Shown in pieces: positions 34,401-46,971 of a stretch of 64,000 nucleotides of DNA (positions are counted from its first letter, which is position 1; each line of letters starts with the position of its first letter). The stretch is from Klebsormidium nitens. Its lineage: Eukaryota > Plantae > Klebsormidiophyceae. The translations under genes were made by a program, and so were the position numbers. The notes beneath the pieces were generated by a model. It worked only from the letters and a program-made list of their open reading frames with translations. It did not search any database and was not told the DNA's origin. Location of the stretch: NCBI GenBank assembly GCA_000708835.1, contig DF237186.1, forward strand, positions 1 to 64,000, in the 5' to 3' direction.

Positions 34401-36189
34401 AACTACATCTCCGCCAAGGACAAGGCCGTCATCGTCATCGGCGGTGGCGACACGGGCACCGACTGCATCGGCACTTCGCTCCGCCACGGCTGCAAGTCGT
34501 TGGTCAACCTAGAGCTTCTCCCTCAGCCCCCGGAAACGCGGGCGCCGGGAAACCCGTGGCCGCAATGGCCCCGCGTTTTCCGGGTGGATTACGGCCACGC
34601 GGAGGCGGCGCACAAGCTTGGGAAGGACCCGCGGCAGTACGAGGTGCTGACCAAGGAGTTCATCGGGGACGGGGAGGGGAACGTCAAGGGGATCAAGACC
34701 GTACAGGTGAAGGGACTTTTTGCGTTCTGGCTTCGTTGAGGGTTGCTGGCGTTCAGTTTTTGATGAAAGAAATCTCAAATGTTTGCTCCGCCACGCCGCA
34801 GGCTTCCCAAAGGCTTCTGTATGAGAAGATGTGGGCTTTCGTTCGTACTCTAGAAGTTGAAGGTATTGATGACATTGCACCTTGCAAAGAAAGGTTACTG
34901 GTATGGGACGTCTTTGATGTTTTAAATCTGTGGCGGATTGCTTTTGTGCCCTGATTGTTATAGCACCTCAATCGAGTCGTATTATGTTCTGCTTCCCTAT
35001 TCATATTGTCGTTTGGAGCCCCTCTTCTTGGAACTGCAAAGTTTCTCGTCCGTGGTACCCAATCAGAGTTGGTGCCGCAAACCCAAGGTTTTCTGACTGT
35101 TTCCACCTAACCTTCGCTCACAGGTCAAGTGGGCCAAGGACGAGTCGGGCCGCTTCAAGATGGAGGAGGTCGCCGGCAGCGAGGAAGTTCTGGACGCCGA
35201 TCTAGTTCTCCTGGCCATGGGCTTCCTCGGCCCCGAGCAGAACCTCGCCCAGAAGCTGGGCCTAGAAACCGACCCCCGGTCAAACGTCAAAGCCGAGTAC
35301 GGCCGATTCAACACCAACGTCGAGGGCGTCTTTGCGGCAGGGGATTGCCGCCGGGGGCAATCATTGGTCGTGTGGGCGATCAACGAGGGACGCTTGGCGG
35401 CGGCAGAGGTTGACAAGTGGCTCATGAAGGACGTGGCGCTGCCCAAGCCGGAGGAGCTCGAGGCGTTGCTCCCGGGGGGCGGGAATGGTGAGTGACGGCA
35501 GGCTTGTTATTACCCCCCTGGTTTGGGAGTGTCGTTCGGTTGTTTTTGGGAAATCAATGAGGGGTTTGGTTGCCGCAGAAACTGGGCAATGCGCTGCTCG
35601 CAATGGGGGGACATGATGATTGGGCGCAAGTTTGATTCCCCCCTGGATTCCCCATTCCGTTTGGTCGTAATCCTGAAAGTTTTGGTGAGGGTGCTGAGTT
35701 GCTATGAATCCGGGTATATTTTGCAAGGCTCTCCGAATCTCCGACCTTGGGTTTGCTTTGCCTGCCGTCGCTGCGGATATGTCTCGTTTTGCAATAACCC
35801 TTGTCATCTGCATTTGGGGAGAGGGCACTCCAATCTTCAAAGATCCACAGATACCTAGACTTAACGCTTTTGATGAGGATCTAAAGACACGGAACACTAC
35901 ATAGTCGACAGATGCACGAAGCTAGACACGACGCTTTCTTAACAGGTTTCTTGTGAAATGGAAGCTCACAGCCTTTTGTCCAACGGTCTGCTCAGGCGCG
36001 TCAACCAACGGCCGCCACGTGGAATCGTTCCCAGCGGGGCTGGAGAAGGCCAAGGAGGAGGCGGCGGATGCTTGCCTCGCAGTCCAGGACGAGAACGCTC
36101 CCGCATCCGTGCTGCAGAAGTGCATCGACCTCAGTGTGGAGGCCGCGGCGCTCAGCGACCGCACCATCACCACGGAGCAGAGCTTCTGA
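14997..36189 (+). CDS. GLT1: NADH-dependent glutamate synthase (NADH-GOGAT), plastid-targeted, 29 exons
   Basis: Exons 14997-15407, 15862-15981, 16881-17000, 17371-17523, 18013-18216, 18736-18845, 19337-19529, 19835-19931, 20228-20409, 21038-21193, 21785-22009, 22461-22607, 23517-23688, 24001-24308, 24747-24984, 25374-25616, 25996-26250, 26712-26951, 27357-27808, 28435-28689, 28982-29266, 29895-30172, 30719-30944, 31597-31884, 32662-33027, 33532-33777, 34395-34706, 35124-35487, 35996-36189. Contains a transit peptide then [39 protein letters not shown]-type FMN motif ([20 protein letters not shown]), [15 protein letters not shown] (3Fe-4S), and a fused beta subunit ([39 protein letters not shown]). 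The last exon is less certain. Confidence 0.97.
31232..31645 (+). repeat. Graded tandem echoes of the GLT1 exon 24 start
   Basis: The GAGCTGCTGAACGG..CAAGCG..CGAC motif occurs at ~31250, 31374, 31485 and 31609 (true exon), spaced 111-125 bp, with similarity falling with distance from the exon. Confidence 0.9.
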
Positions 36190-36190
36190 G

Positions 36191-36281
36191 TGACGTCAGA
36201 GAGGGGTGTCTGATGACGTCAGCGCGTCGATTTTCAGGGCAGGTGGTCTGATGACGTCACGCAGTGTTTTGAGTGACGACA
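36191..36281. promoter_or_regulatory. Cluster of TGACGTCA (CRE/as-1-like bZIP) palindromes just after the GLT1 stop codon
   Basis: Perfect TGACGTCA at 36191, 36214 and 36252, plus TGACGACA at 36274. Function is not demonstrated. Confidence 0.3.
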
Positions 36282-37318
36282 CGGGGAACGGGTGCGGGAG
36301 GGCCTGTGTGTGACAGAAACGCATACGAGGATTTCTTGTGGGGCAAGCGCAAGCATGCCCACAGATGTGCTGTTTGGGACTGTCGAGAACTTCCATACTA
36401 TTACATATCCACCTGTTATGTCAGTTCCTATAGAAAGCTCCTCAGAACCGCTTCCAAGACGGGGCTTGGAAGGTTGCATATTTGCTATTGAATTGCCTGG
36501 TGCTAGGTTCTAGGTCGCCTTGTAGTCTGCTGTTATATACAGACAGAATTGGTTAGTTGACGCAGTCTGAGCAGGATTTGAAGGTTTGTGCACTCCTTGT
36601 AGTGTTCCAGAACGTGCTCTGGCTAGCATGTAAAGTAATCTTAGTTGAGAAATATATTCTGTGTCTACCTATCCCCCCTTTGTTCAGCCCTTGCTGCAGC
36701 TCCTACTTGATTTTCTGAAGTACCATGGGACATCTACATAGAATGAGTGCATACTAATGCCGGCAAAATATCCGCGTGGCAATATCTCTCGTCAGCGCAC
36801 TTGTGGCCATGTACGTTGCACGCATCGCAATCACACAAGTATAGAGGTGGTCTGTGACTATACTGCATGTTAGCTCCCTGTGCTGTACAATCTGTGAAGT
36901 CCTTCCGCTGCAGCAGCTTCTGAAATGTGCATCTAGGTAGACCCCATTGTACAGAAACCATCAAAGGCCGGAGGCAGTCACTTCATCAACATGAAAACTT
37001 CAGATCTCGCGGATCATGTCACACAGAAAGGTAAACCAAGAACATTGACAGTACAATGTGATGCCCCGGCCAGGCTCGTCTGCATCTTCTCTGATGGTTT
37101 TGCACGATCAAAGGATGGATGGACTGACCATCACATATGCCCGACCAACCAGAAGATCAATGGAACACCCTTCGGGAGTCGTTGGACATATACAATCTCC
37201 ATGCATTGCACTCGGTCTTGCTCAACTTTACCGGCACATGTTTGGAAAGAGTTGTATGCACCTCGTCTTTGCAAGATTGGATATAACACGTCTTTTTATA
37301 ATTTCAGTAATGGCCCCT

Positions 37319-38982
37319 CTACCGCAGCCTCCTTGCCTCACGCTCTGACTCCAACAGGACCAGGATGTCATCTGCAAGCAGAGGGTGCAACAAAGTGTTC
37401 ACAATCTCTTCAGGGTCTTAGGAAGATGGAGTCGCAGAACCTTGGCAGCGCTCCTAGACAGACCTTGGCAGCTGGTCCTTACAGAACTTGAGAAGGCTCT
37501 CCAAGCATGCACCTCGACTCGAGGTAGCTGTAAGCAAGCGGAACAGCGGCACATAGTAATCAAATCATTTCAATCTGAGAAGCTCAGACGTCTGAGATCA
37601 TCAATCCCCGCAATCAATAAGAACTAGGACTGAGGCGTCACCCATCCCTCCAGCGCGGGCTTGTCAAAGGGGATGTGTCGGGTGAGCCAGATTCACAGGT
37701 GTGACTACAAACTTTTGGCCCGCAAGACAACAATCTCCGTTGACCGAGAATCCTAGCCCTCCAAAAGACTTTCACTATCTTCGTCAAACAGCCCCGAAAG
37801 TCAGTGCGGCCCGAAACACACAAGCAGGAGTGAAAGATGAAAACCCAAAAGCTGCAGCAGACTGTGGCACAGCTGGGGCCGAATTGAATCCCATTCTAGG
37901 CCGATTTCGAACAGGAGACCTGCCTGACCGTCCTGTCTTCATGAAATAAGCCAGGTGCCGTGCAGCACAACTGTACCCCAGAAGACGTACCGGATAACCG
38001 CAAAATCTTATGACTTCCAGGCCGCTGGAGCGAGGTAGCCTCATTGAGGTCTTCACCAGCTCCAGAATGTGAGCAGGCCCATGTGACACCCTAACATTCT
38101 GATTAAGTTCCCTGCTCATTTGGACAATTTGAGGTAGCAAAGTTCTCAATCAGAGCTTCAAGCCGTGAGACTGCCCGTTTCAAGTTGCCCCTCCGCTAAA
38201 GGTTTCAAGCTCTGCACAAAGCTACTATAGACAAAGCAGGCCCGCTCCCTGCTGTCCCACTAAATATCCTTGCCTGGCTGTCGTAGCCGTCTTCGTTTCC
38301 TAATCAGCTCCTCAACCGTAGTGCAAACCTGCCAACGTAGCACCCAATTTTTGGCTGTGCAGTGAGGCTCAAGGTGTCACACAATTACCTTTACCAGCCT
38401 ACCAGTCGAAGCCCATCCGGAGCAGTAAACCATCCCTAGCTAACACACGCTGTGTGGTAACCGTTACCACCGCCATTGTGCGAGAAGCACACTGTTTCTG
38501 ATGCATAGACCATTGAGCAGGCCCTCAACATACCAATATGATGAACCCCTGCACAAGTACCATTGCGCACCGAGACTAAAGATACAAACCGTCCCCTGGT
38601 GTTAAAGATCTGTGAGCACCATCTCACCTTGCCTCACGGGCCCCTTCACATTCCTCATAATTTGCCGGTCCTTGTCATCCCCCAGGAACTTCACCCTGAC
38701 CTGCGTGACCTGACCACGAGAGCCCGTCCGCCCCACGACCTTGGTGACAATGGCGAGCTTCACAGGTTGATCCTGCACCCAGAAAAGTCCGCTTTCTCAA
38801 CCGCAGCCCTCAGCGATCCTGTCACAGCCGCTCCTGCACGTTGCACCGAGGGCAGCCGTGCTGCAAACAACGGAACGGAAAGTGGCAAGACATCTAACAG
38901 CAGGGGGACAGAGACAATACACCATAAAGTCATCAAAAGCCAAGCAGGACAGTGTACAGAATGGGCAGCCGCCACTCACCAT
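37319..38982 (-). CDS. RPS28: 40S ribosomal protein S28 (eS28)
   Basis: ATG-only first coding exon 38982-38980 (GCCATG|GTGAGT). Exon 38772-38628 reads [48 protein letters not shown]. Exon 37371-37319 reads [17 protein letters not shown]. Confidence 0.95.
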
Positions 38983-39436
38983 GGCTGCTTGGTTGCGCTG
39001 CGGCTCAGCGAAAAGGGTCGAGGCAGGGCGAGAGAGCAGAACTTGTCCAGCTGCGAAAGGTTCCGCGTCGAACGTTGCCCTCGGCTTGCAAAGTCCTTTC
39101 AGAGCAATTGTCGCGCGGAATGATTCGACGCCGAAACGATGTTCCAGCCGAAGGAGCTCGCTTGGGGAACTCGAGCTGCTCTCTCTGTTGCCAGCACCAA
39201 TTCTGGGTCCTGTGAAAAGCTCTGCCAACGTGAAGCTTTTACTATTACTATTAGGCGGCAGCAGGGATTGCAATCAAGCGCTTTGGAAAAGCTTGCTTTC
39301 TCACGAGGGGTGAGCAGCCGTCTGAAGGTTCGGCGGTAGAGGCACAGGGACAGGTTGTTTGCAGTCTTAGCTGGAAGAAGCTGCTGTGGAGAAGCTGGTG
39401 ATTGTCTGTAACGTTTGATCTGATAAGAGACCGACG

Positions 39437-42035
39437 ATGTTGGCCCGGAGCCTCGGTAGGAGGCTGCTCGAGGCCACCCTTGTGGCAGCTCGGGGGGGGC
39501 CTGAGGTGCAGGCGGCGCAGTATGCCCTGCGTGCGATCTCCACAGGCGCCGGGATCCATGAATGGACGCCGCTCTCTGGATCACAGGATGACAAGCACAA
39601 GGGAGACTTCTCTGGCCTGACGGCGTGGCAGAGGGCAGCTCTGAAGGGTGAGGGGCATACTCTGGCCTGTGCTTGTGATTTGCAGTCTTCTGCATTGATT
39701 GCTTTGTGTGACCAATGGTGTCTTGTGTCAAAGAGTGTTTTTCTTTTGGTGTGCCCTTTTTGCATCCTCTGAGCATGTGTCATACGAACATGCAGAGGTT
39801 GGAAAAGACAAGCCTGTTCTCGCCAGGATGCTACTTTTGCGGTCAATCTGGTGTTTTCGGGTGAACGCACCAGTCGGTCAGCAGAATTGACCTCATGGTA
39901 AAGAGATTGTTTGAATTGAGGTGGGAGGTTATGGATTTTAAGCTGCCTCAAAGCCGGCTGCAAATGTGGTCTTTCTGCCGCAAAAAGCCAGATCATCTTT
40001 TTCGTTGGCATTCCCGCAAAGTTGCCATCTTTTGAGAAATTGCAGGCAAGCACCGAGCACCGAAATGAGTTTGTGCTTGCATGTATTGTAATGCTGTACC
40101 AGTCTTGCTCTACAGGCAGGTAAAGTCCTATGTATGTTGTGCTTTCATGTTTCTAGTGAGGCCCACGGTCCTTTGTCTAATTGTGGTGCAGACACCTGTG
40201 CACTTTAGACATCGAAAACCCTAACCTTGCCCGATACTGTAAAGTGCTTGAATAGATCTTTCAGCTGTTAAAGGATCCAAGATAATCTGTCTTGAAGAAA
40301 ACATATAGTCCATTGCAGCCTTTTCCTTGGGATGCTGCAAGTATTGTTGTGGTGGTCATTGTGCGGAGATCTCCGCATGTTGCATTAGTGAACACAGAAG
40401 CTTGTCAAAACCAATCTAGTAAACCTTTGATCAGAACTCCGCTGCTCGTCGACCTATGCTTCTTTTCAAGACAACAGTTTCACAGCGAAGACCTCCCAAA
40501 ACTTTATACTGTCCTTTCCTAACTCATCACCCCTTCCTGTTTCCATGCTCCATTTTGCACTGCTCTGGCTTCAGGTTTTCGAACGCATCTTCCTCTCTGC
40601 AATCTGCAGATCGTGGTTACTCTCCCCCCCTCATCTCCTCTTGCTTTTTCCTCAAGCTTTGCTGTCCATCAATTGTACTCCCATCCTTAACCCTGCTCTA
40701 GTTGACGCCGTTCGCTCCCATTTACAGGTTTCGCAACCGACTCCGTCACTGTCTCCCGCCCTGCCACCCAGCTCGCCATCAAGAACCCTAGCCCCTACAT
40801 CACGTACGACGAGCACCAGCACGCGCGCCTCCCCCCCGGCGACCCCAGCAAGCGCGCCTTCACCTACTTCATCCTCAGCGGGGGGCGCTTCATCTACGCC
40901 TCGGCGCTGCGCCTGCTGGTCCTCAAGTTCATTCTGAGCATGCAAGCTTCCAAGGATGTGCTGGCGCTGGCCAGTCTGGAGGTGGACCTGTCCAGCATTG
41001 AGCCGGGGAACACGGTGACGGTCAAGTGGCGGGGGAAGCCCGTGTTTGTGCGGCACCGGACGGAGGAGGACATTGCGAAGGCCAACGACGTGCACCTGAA
41101 CGAGCTGAGGGACCCTGAGGTGAGAGTTGGAGCTTTTGGTCGTGATGAGATTTGGGGAGTTGCGTTGTGGCGCAACTCTGGATTTCGCTGTCGCACGGTG
41201 ATGTGTGCTGAGAGGTGCTCTGACTCCCTTGCTCGCTATCCCTGCACTATGGTGAAAGCAGTTTGTAGGCAGATAGAGATGCAGCAATGCAGGTTCGGGC
41301 ATGATTAAGTGAGGGAGAGCCCCCTCCGGTCAGTGGCTGCGATGTTGAGTTCTGCTGTTGCAAGGATGACATGTGCCGAGAGAGTTAACTGGAAAGCGTG
41401 CTGGCTATGCCTGCTGTGGTGAAGGCACATGTAAGCGAAGGAGATATGCGATGCGGATTGATCGACTTGAGGAAGAGACCCTGTGGGTCGTTTCCTGCGA
41501 TCTGCGACAATGATTACTGCTTTCGCACGACTGACATGTGCGAAGAGGTTATTTTATGGATCAATCTGTTTGTTCCGCCCGCTGTGGTTCAGCAGCTTGT
41601 AGGCAAAGAAGATAGGTAACGTGATATTTGGATTGGGCATGGTTAACCATTGAAGAAGGCTTCCATGAGGAAACTGCAGTTATTAACGGACAGAACGTGA
41701 CTGTAAGCGTGTGACATTCAGCAATTGAAGCAGGTCTGCCGTCCTCCTTGACCATTGGAGTACTTGGAAACATGTGCTGAACCAGAGAAGCTTCCGTGAA
41801 TTTGCAGGAGGACTCGGCTCGTGCCAAGAACCCCGAGTGGCTGGTCGTGGTTGGCGTGTGCACCCATCTCGGTTGCGTGCCTCTTCCAAATGCTGGAGAT
41901 TACGGTGGCTGGTTCTGCCCGTGCCACGGATCCCATTACGACATCTCAGGCCGCGTGCGCAAGGGGCCTGCCCCCTACAACCTGGAAGTGCCCGAGTATT
42001 CATTCATAGAGGAGTCCAAGCTGTTGATCGGATAG
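39437..42035 (+). CDS. UQCRFS1: Mitochondrial cytochrome bc1 Rieske iron-sulfur subunit
   Basis: Exons 39437-39647, 40728-41119, 41808-42035. Contains a presequence, [26 protein letters not shown], and Rieske boxes CTHLGCVP and [13 protein letters not shown]. Confidence 0.97.
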
Positions 42036-43439
42036 GCCGGTCTGTGTCAAGGTTAAAGTAAGGTTTCGTACCAGATTGTCATGATCTGTGCACCTCACAT
42101 TAAACATGAAAGGTTGCTGTTGGAAGTTTCACAACATTGGAATATGCATCCTGATGTAGGAGCCCATATTGTTACTAGAATTGGACCAATTCGCATAGAC
42201 TGTCGGGATCTCCGGCCGCAATTCGTAAGACGGTAAAAGTAATCATCTCCAACAACACCCTTTTGTGCCAGTGCGTGTATGTTTTCATAAGCTCGAGCAT
42301 CATGAGGCTGCCCTGAGCAGTGACTAACTCTTAAGTGCTTAAGATTTTGGACGTGCTAGGCACTAGGTACAGCTTGCTAAATAGAGGACCCGTCCTGCAA
42401 ATTTTCAAGCTGCGTGATACTAAGCATCAATGCATGACATGGCATGTCATATGCTTGTACTACTGCAATTGTTGTGTGGTTCAGTTCTGAAACAGATCGA
42501 TTGCTTATATTGTATATGCAGTGCATCGCATCGAGTATAACCGTCACGATCCGACGTGGCATGAAGCCGTGTATGCGATATCTTTGATTCAAACGCGCGG
42601 CGCAGCCGGCTCCCCTCCGATCAATGATGATCGTAAATCAGTGCGCCGCGGCTCAAGATCAGATTGACACGTCCAACGATCAAATTGTTTCATGACAACA
42701 ATTAATGACATGGTACATACATGCCGTGCCGACCGGCCGGGAACACATAGACGGTTTTGGTTGCAACATACTAATATCGATCATATGTGAACCAAGTCAA
42801 AAGCTTCAACTCTAATAATAAGCTGATACCGTACCGAAATGACATGCTCAGGCATCGAATATTTGCCAGTTGGTTCGAACCTAAGCTGAAAACGTCGAAT
42901 TCAATCAAGGTTCTTCGAAACAAGCCTGAGTCAAAGCAACAGTTGCGGTTCGACTGAGGTCGGAACGAGCAGAACATATCGACGTTGCGGGCGGATCCGT
43001 TGGGACGTACTTCAGAAGATGATGCTGTTATATTCTCTTACCGAGGTTCTATCGTCTGCTTCTGTCAGGCAAGATCCGATGATCTCCCAGCGGCCTCTCC
43101 TTTCACCTGGAGAAGATCGCGGAGCATTCAATCGGCGAACTCAAGACCTCAACTTTGCAGTGTTCAATCAAGCAAATGACTTCGCCCTGTCCAGCAGTTG
43201 CCACCCTCGACGTATTGGAGCCTACCAAAGCCTTTGAGTCAATCTCTTGAATTCACCAACTAAGGTTGCGGTAGGCACTTGCCATCTTCAGCACGGCCCT
43301 CCGACCTACTCTTCTGTCTTGAAGATCTCAGCTTTGCAGCCAACCCTCTATTTTACAGATTGCAGGTGTCCATATGGCTTCTCATCAATTGTTCATTGAA
43401 GAAAGGCGATGTAATGTCTGATGTTCCATGATCGGCCTC

Positions 43440-45094
43440 TCACCTTACTTCGATCGGCTGCCGATCCTTTCTTGGGCACGTCTGCTTGTGACCAGCTTTC
43501 CACGCTGCTCTTTGACAATCTGCAAAGAGTGCAATCATTCCGTGAGAGTCGGCTGACGCCGAGAGGGTCAGCATCACAGCATTCAAAGGCTCAGCTTGAT
43601 TCTGGGGGAATGAACAGAAGTCTCGGACTCGGCTCAACTTATGTTTGTGCAGCAGCTCGCAACGAAGCCGCGCTCGCATGCTTAGGGTCAGATGAACTGC
43701 AGAGGCATAACGTAAGGAAGCGGCGAGATTGCACAACGAGTAACTCTAACTTGTCATTTACCTGTACTGCAGTAGAGCTCGAGCAAGCAGCCACGGCACG
43801 TCTTGAACGTCTCGTCCCTGGTCTCCACTTTCTCGCACGCAGGGTTGGAGCACTTCCTTCTATCGGCGGGGACACTTTTCGAGAGCGGATTCCTCCTCTC
43901 AGCAGCTACCAGCCTTTCTACTCTATGCTTGACTGCAGGATTGCTTTCCGCACGACTCTCACAGAGCTCCAGCTTCAGTTCCTCAAGAGCAGAAGCGTTC
44001 TCGGGGCACATACACTGGGCCTCAGGCGCTACTTCAGCACGACTCGCGAGGTAAGCCGCTATGTGCCGTAGAGAATCATTGTAGGCTTTACAGGCCGCGA
44101 TGGCTGTGAGAGCTTCTGGGATGCCGTCATGACTGAGAAGCTTTTGAAAGATCTCTTTCTGGTCCAGGTTCACCACTGTACGCAGGATCAGGACGGCATG
44201 CTCGATGCAAGGTAACAGGTCTGATTCAATAAGTGTTTGCGCGACCAGCCGCAGGTCGTCGGGAAGAGACTCTTGCTTGGACGCAGGGTAGCTTTCGTAG
44301 AGGACTCGAATGAGCCTCACTCCATAATATGTCACGACGAGATGCTCGGCATTTCTGAGCGTGAGCTCGCCACTGGCGCTCCCTTCGGACGTCATCTGCA
44401 TTACTTCCCGTATCATGCACAGGTAGAACTTCGTCCTTTTCGCCAAGAACCTCTTCGCTTTGTTTGACACCCCGACCAGTACTGAGAGTGCTTCAATAAT
44501 TGATGTCCTTGCTTCTGTTCTAGGCTCCGGTCGTAGAGCGACGAAGCGCCCTTGCGCCAATTGCAGCACTGATGGCGCATGCTGCGCTTGGTGAAAGGTT
44601 GCTTCCAGCAATTTCAGCAGGTCCTTGATCTCCTTCATGAAGAATCTGGCGGTCATCTCGTCAACCGTCATGGCCGTCACAATCGATGCGTAAACTTCCA
44701 CTCTGTTTATGAAGAAGACATTTCGAATTGGACCTCCAGTCGATGCGGGCTGTGAAACGAGAAGCCACTCCCCCGAAGCTCTTGCTTCAGGGAAGCCCGC
44801 TTGCAGCTCCTTGAGGAACCCTCTCTGCAGGAGATAGGAAACACAATCTGCCCCCTTTGCCAGTCCCTGCTCGGTCACAAGCCCAGGGAACCTGTTTTTG
44901 AACCTCCACAGCGCGCACAATCGTCGTTCAGGGTCATCGCACGTGGCTTCTTTAAGGATCTGCTTCAGCCAGACAGAGGAGTCCGGCTTTCGGAGGTCAA
45001 AGGAGTCGTTCTCTTCCTCGGGAGTCAGCTCTTCAAATTCTTGCACACTTCGCGAGCATTGCTTCCATGTCACTTCGGCCTCCTCTCGCGCCAT
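43440..45094 (-). CDS. MYND zinc-finger protein with helical (ARM-like) N-terminal region, paralog 1
   Basis: Large exon 45094-43762 plus exon 43519-43440. The spliced finger reads CSNPACEKVETRDETFKTCRGCLLELYCSTDCQRAAWKAGHKQTC. The start (MAREEAEVTW) is chosen by alignment with paralog 2. The ARM-like call is inference. Confidence 0.85.
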
Positions 45095-46971
45095 GGATCT
45101 GTGATGCGCGGACGCCTTGCCGGGACCAGAATTATCTGTGAAGCGAGTCTGATAGAGCGGCTTGCGTCTCTGCCAAAATTCAGATGTCTCGGAACACATC
45201 AAGCCTGGATTTTGGATCTACTCGAGAAGATCCTTGTGCAGACGATCCAGACAATCTTCTTTACGTGTCGAAGCAGCTGGCGCAATGAGCGCTCTACTTC
45301 TGCAGCTGACGTTGGGCTCCACCAATCATGTTTGCAACACGGTGTCCGCTCTTCAGCAGGCTTTGCAGCTCAGCCTCATGCGTGATCTTCCGGAGATCAA
45401 ATTGCGCTCTCGATCCCGTCGTCTCTAAGTTAATCAACACCAACGTAGGTACTCCTCAGGCTCAGTACATGCACCAGCAAGAGTCCAGTCTAACGTGGTC
45501 TAACGTCCCGGGCTGCATGCATAGCAAGAACCCTAGTAGTGTGAATAAGTGCGCAACTAACAAGGACGACGCGACATGACCTCAAAGGTCCGCCTCATTT
45601 CGAGGTGGATCGCGATATCTCGACGATGATGTCAACAGTATGAGGAATGAGGGATGAAGATGTCACGTAAAGTTGCGAATCAAGGTGACTGGCGAAGATT
45701 GCTTCGACACAGTGTCGATTTTGTGCAGAATCTGGTCCAGTCGCTAGGGCAGCAGATCAACAGGCTTTGTTGATTAGTCTGCTTAGCTGATAAGCCGCTC
45801 ATCACGTTTACCAAATCGATATCAGGTGGTACGATCATGCCCACAGCCGTTCCAAGAGAGCTGTTCATGAAGCCAAGTGAAGCCAGCCGGCTTGTCGAAC
45901 CAGCATAGCGCAAATAGTTGAACAAACTGGTCGCTGTTGGGCATGATGAAGCAGAACTCCGAAGCGAAAATTCACTAAATTCGATTCAGTCACCATGTTT
46001 AGTCTTACGTGCTCCATTTACACCTCGCCACAGGATGCATTCATTGCAAGCTGGCCCGCACCTTATGGCGGCCCCTGTCACACCACATTTGGTCCATGCA
46101 AAATGGCATATTCTCAGAATGCGACACGGATACTTGATTGTAATAAGACAAGACCCTGAATTACTTGCGTATACGATCAAGTTCTCCAGAGGATTAAACC
46201 TCGGACTCAACGACGGCAGCGCGTTCCATTTGTCTACTCGGCCAGACAGCCCAGAACAGGTGCAAGCAATCTCTTTAACGTATACGATACCAACATCATG
46301 CAGCGCACAAGATTCAGATAATCAAGGAATGCATCATGATTAGAAGCTCTCTGAATCTTGATGCATTCCTTGATAGAGGGGCCAGAAAAGCGTTCGCTCT
46401 TCTTCCATGATCAATCTTCCAAGTTTTCTCGTCGTTTGTGAGCTTCTAGCACCGTAGCTATGTCATTGGAGCGGAGAATTGGATCTAGAGTCGGTGTAAA
46501 CGTGTTTAACGCACAGAGTATCCGGATTCTCGATTGTCCGACTCGAACCGGAGCCTCGAAACAGTCCCTCTGCGGGATGAGATTGATATATGTAGTTCAA
46601 CAAAAGCAACAAGCCCTTGCATTTATATCTCTTCAGGAGCTTGTGTCGTGGCACCAGCTCGCTCAACCTGAATCATGAAAAACCGTAATGAATGATCAGC
46701 CTAACCGCAAGGTTCTGGCACGGGTCACTCAAGGACAAGTTCGATCGCTCTTTAGCCGTTCGAACAGAGTAGGCATAAGTTACAACGACTCAAGGTTCTC
46801 CTTTTTGAGAATGATATCTCGGACTTGACTTACAAAGGCTGCCCGGTCTCCATCTTCCAGATTCACTCCAAACGCCTCATTCAAGAGAGACAAGCGTACT
46901 GCAACCGCAACACGCGAACGCGCGAGTCGCCTCGAGAAGTCAAGATGAGTAACATTCCAGAAACCCTGACC

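Noticed and set aside
40570-40600. Possible echo of the Rieske exon 2 start (CAGGTTTTCGAAC)
   Set aside because: The match is too short to distinguish from chance.
42865-42890. GGTTCGAACC T-loop-like motif suggesting a tRNA
   Set aside because: No acceptor stem, D-arm or anticodon arm could be folded around it.
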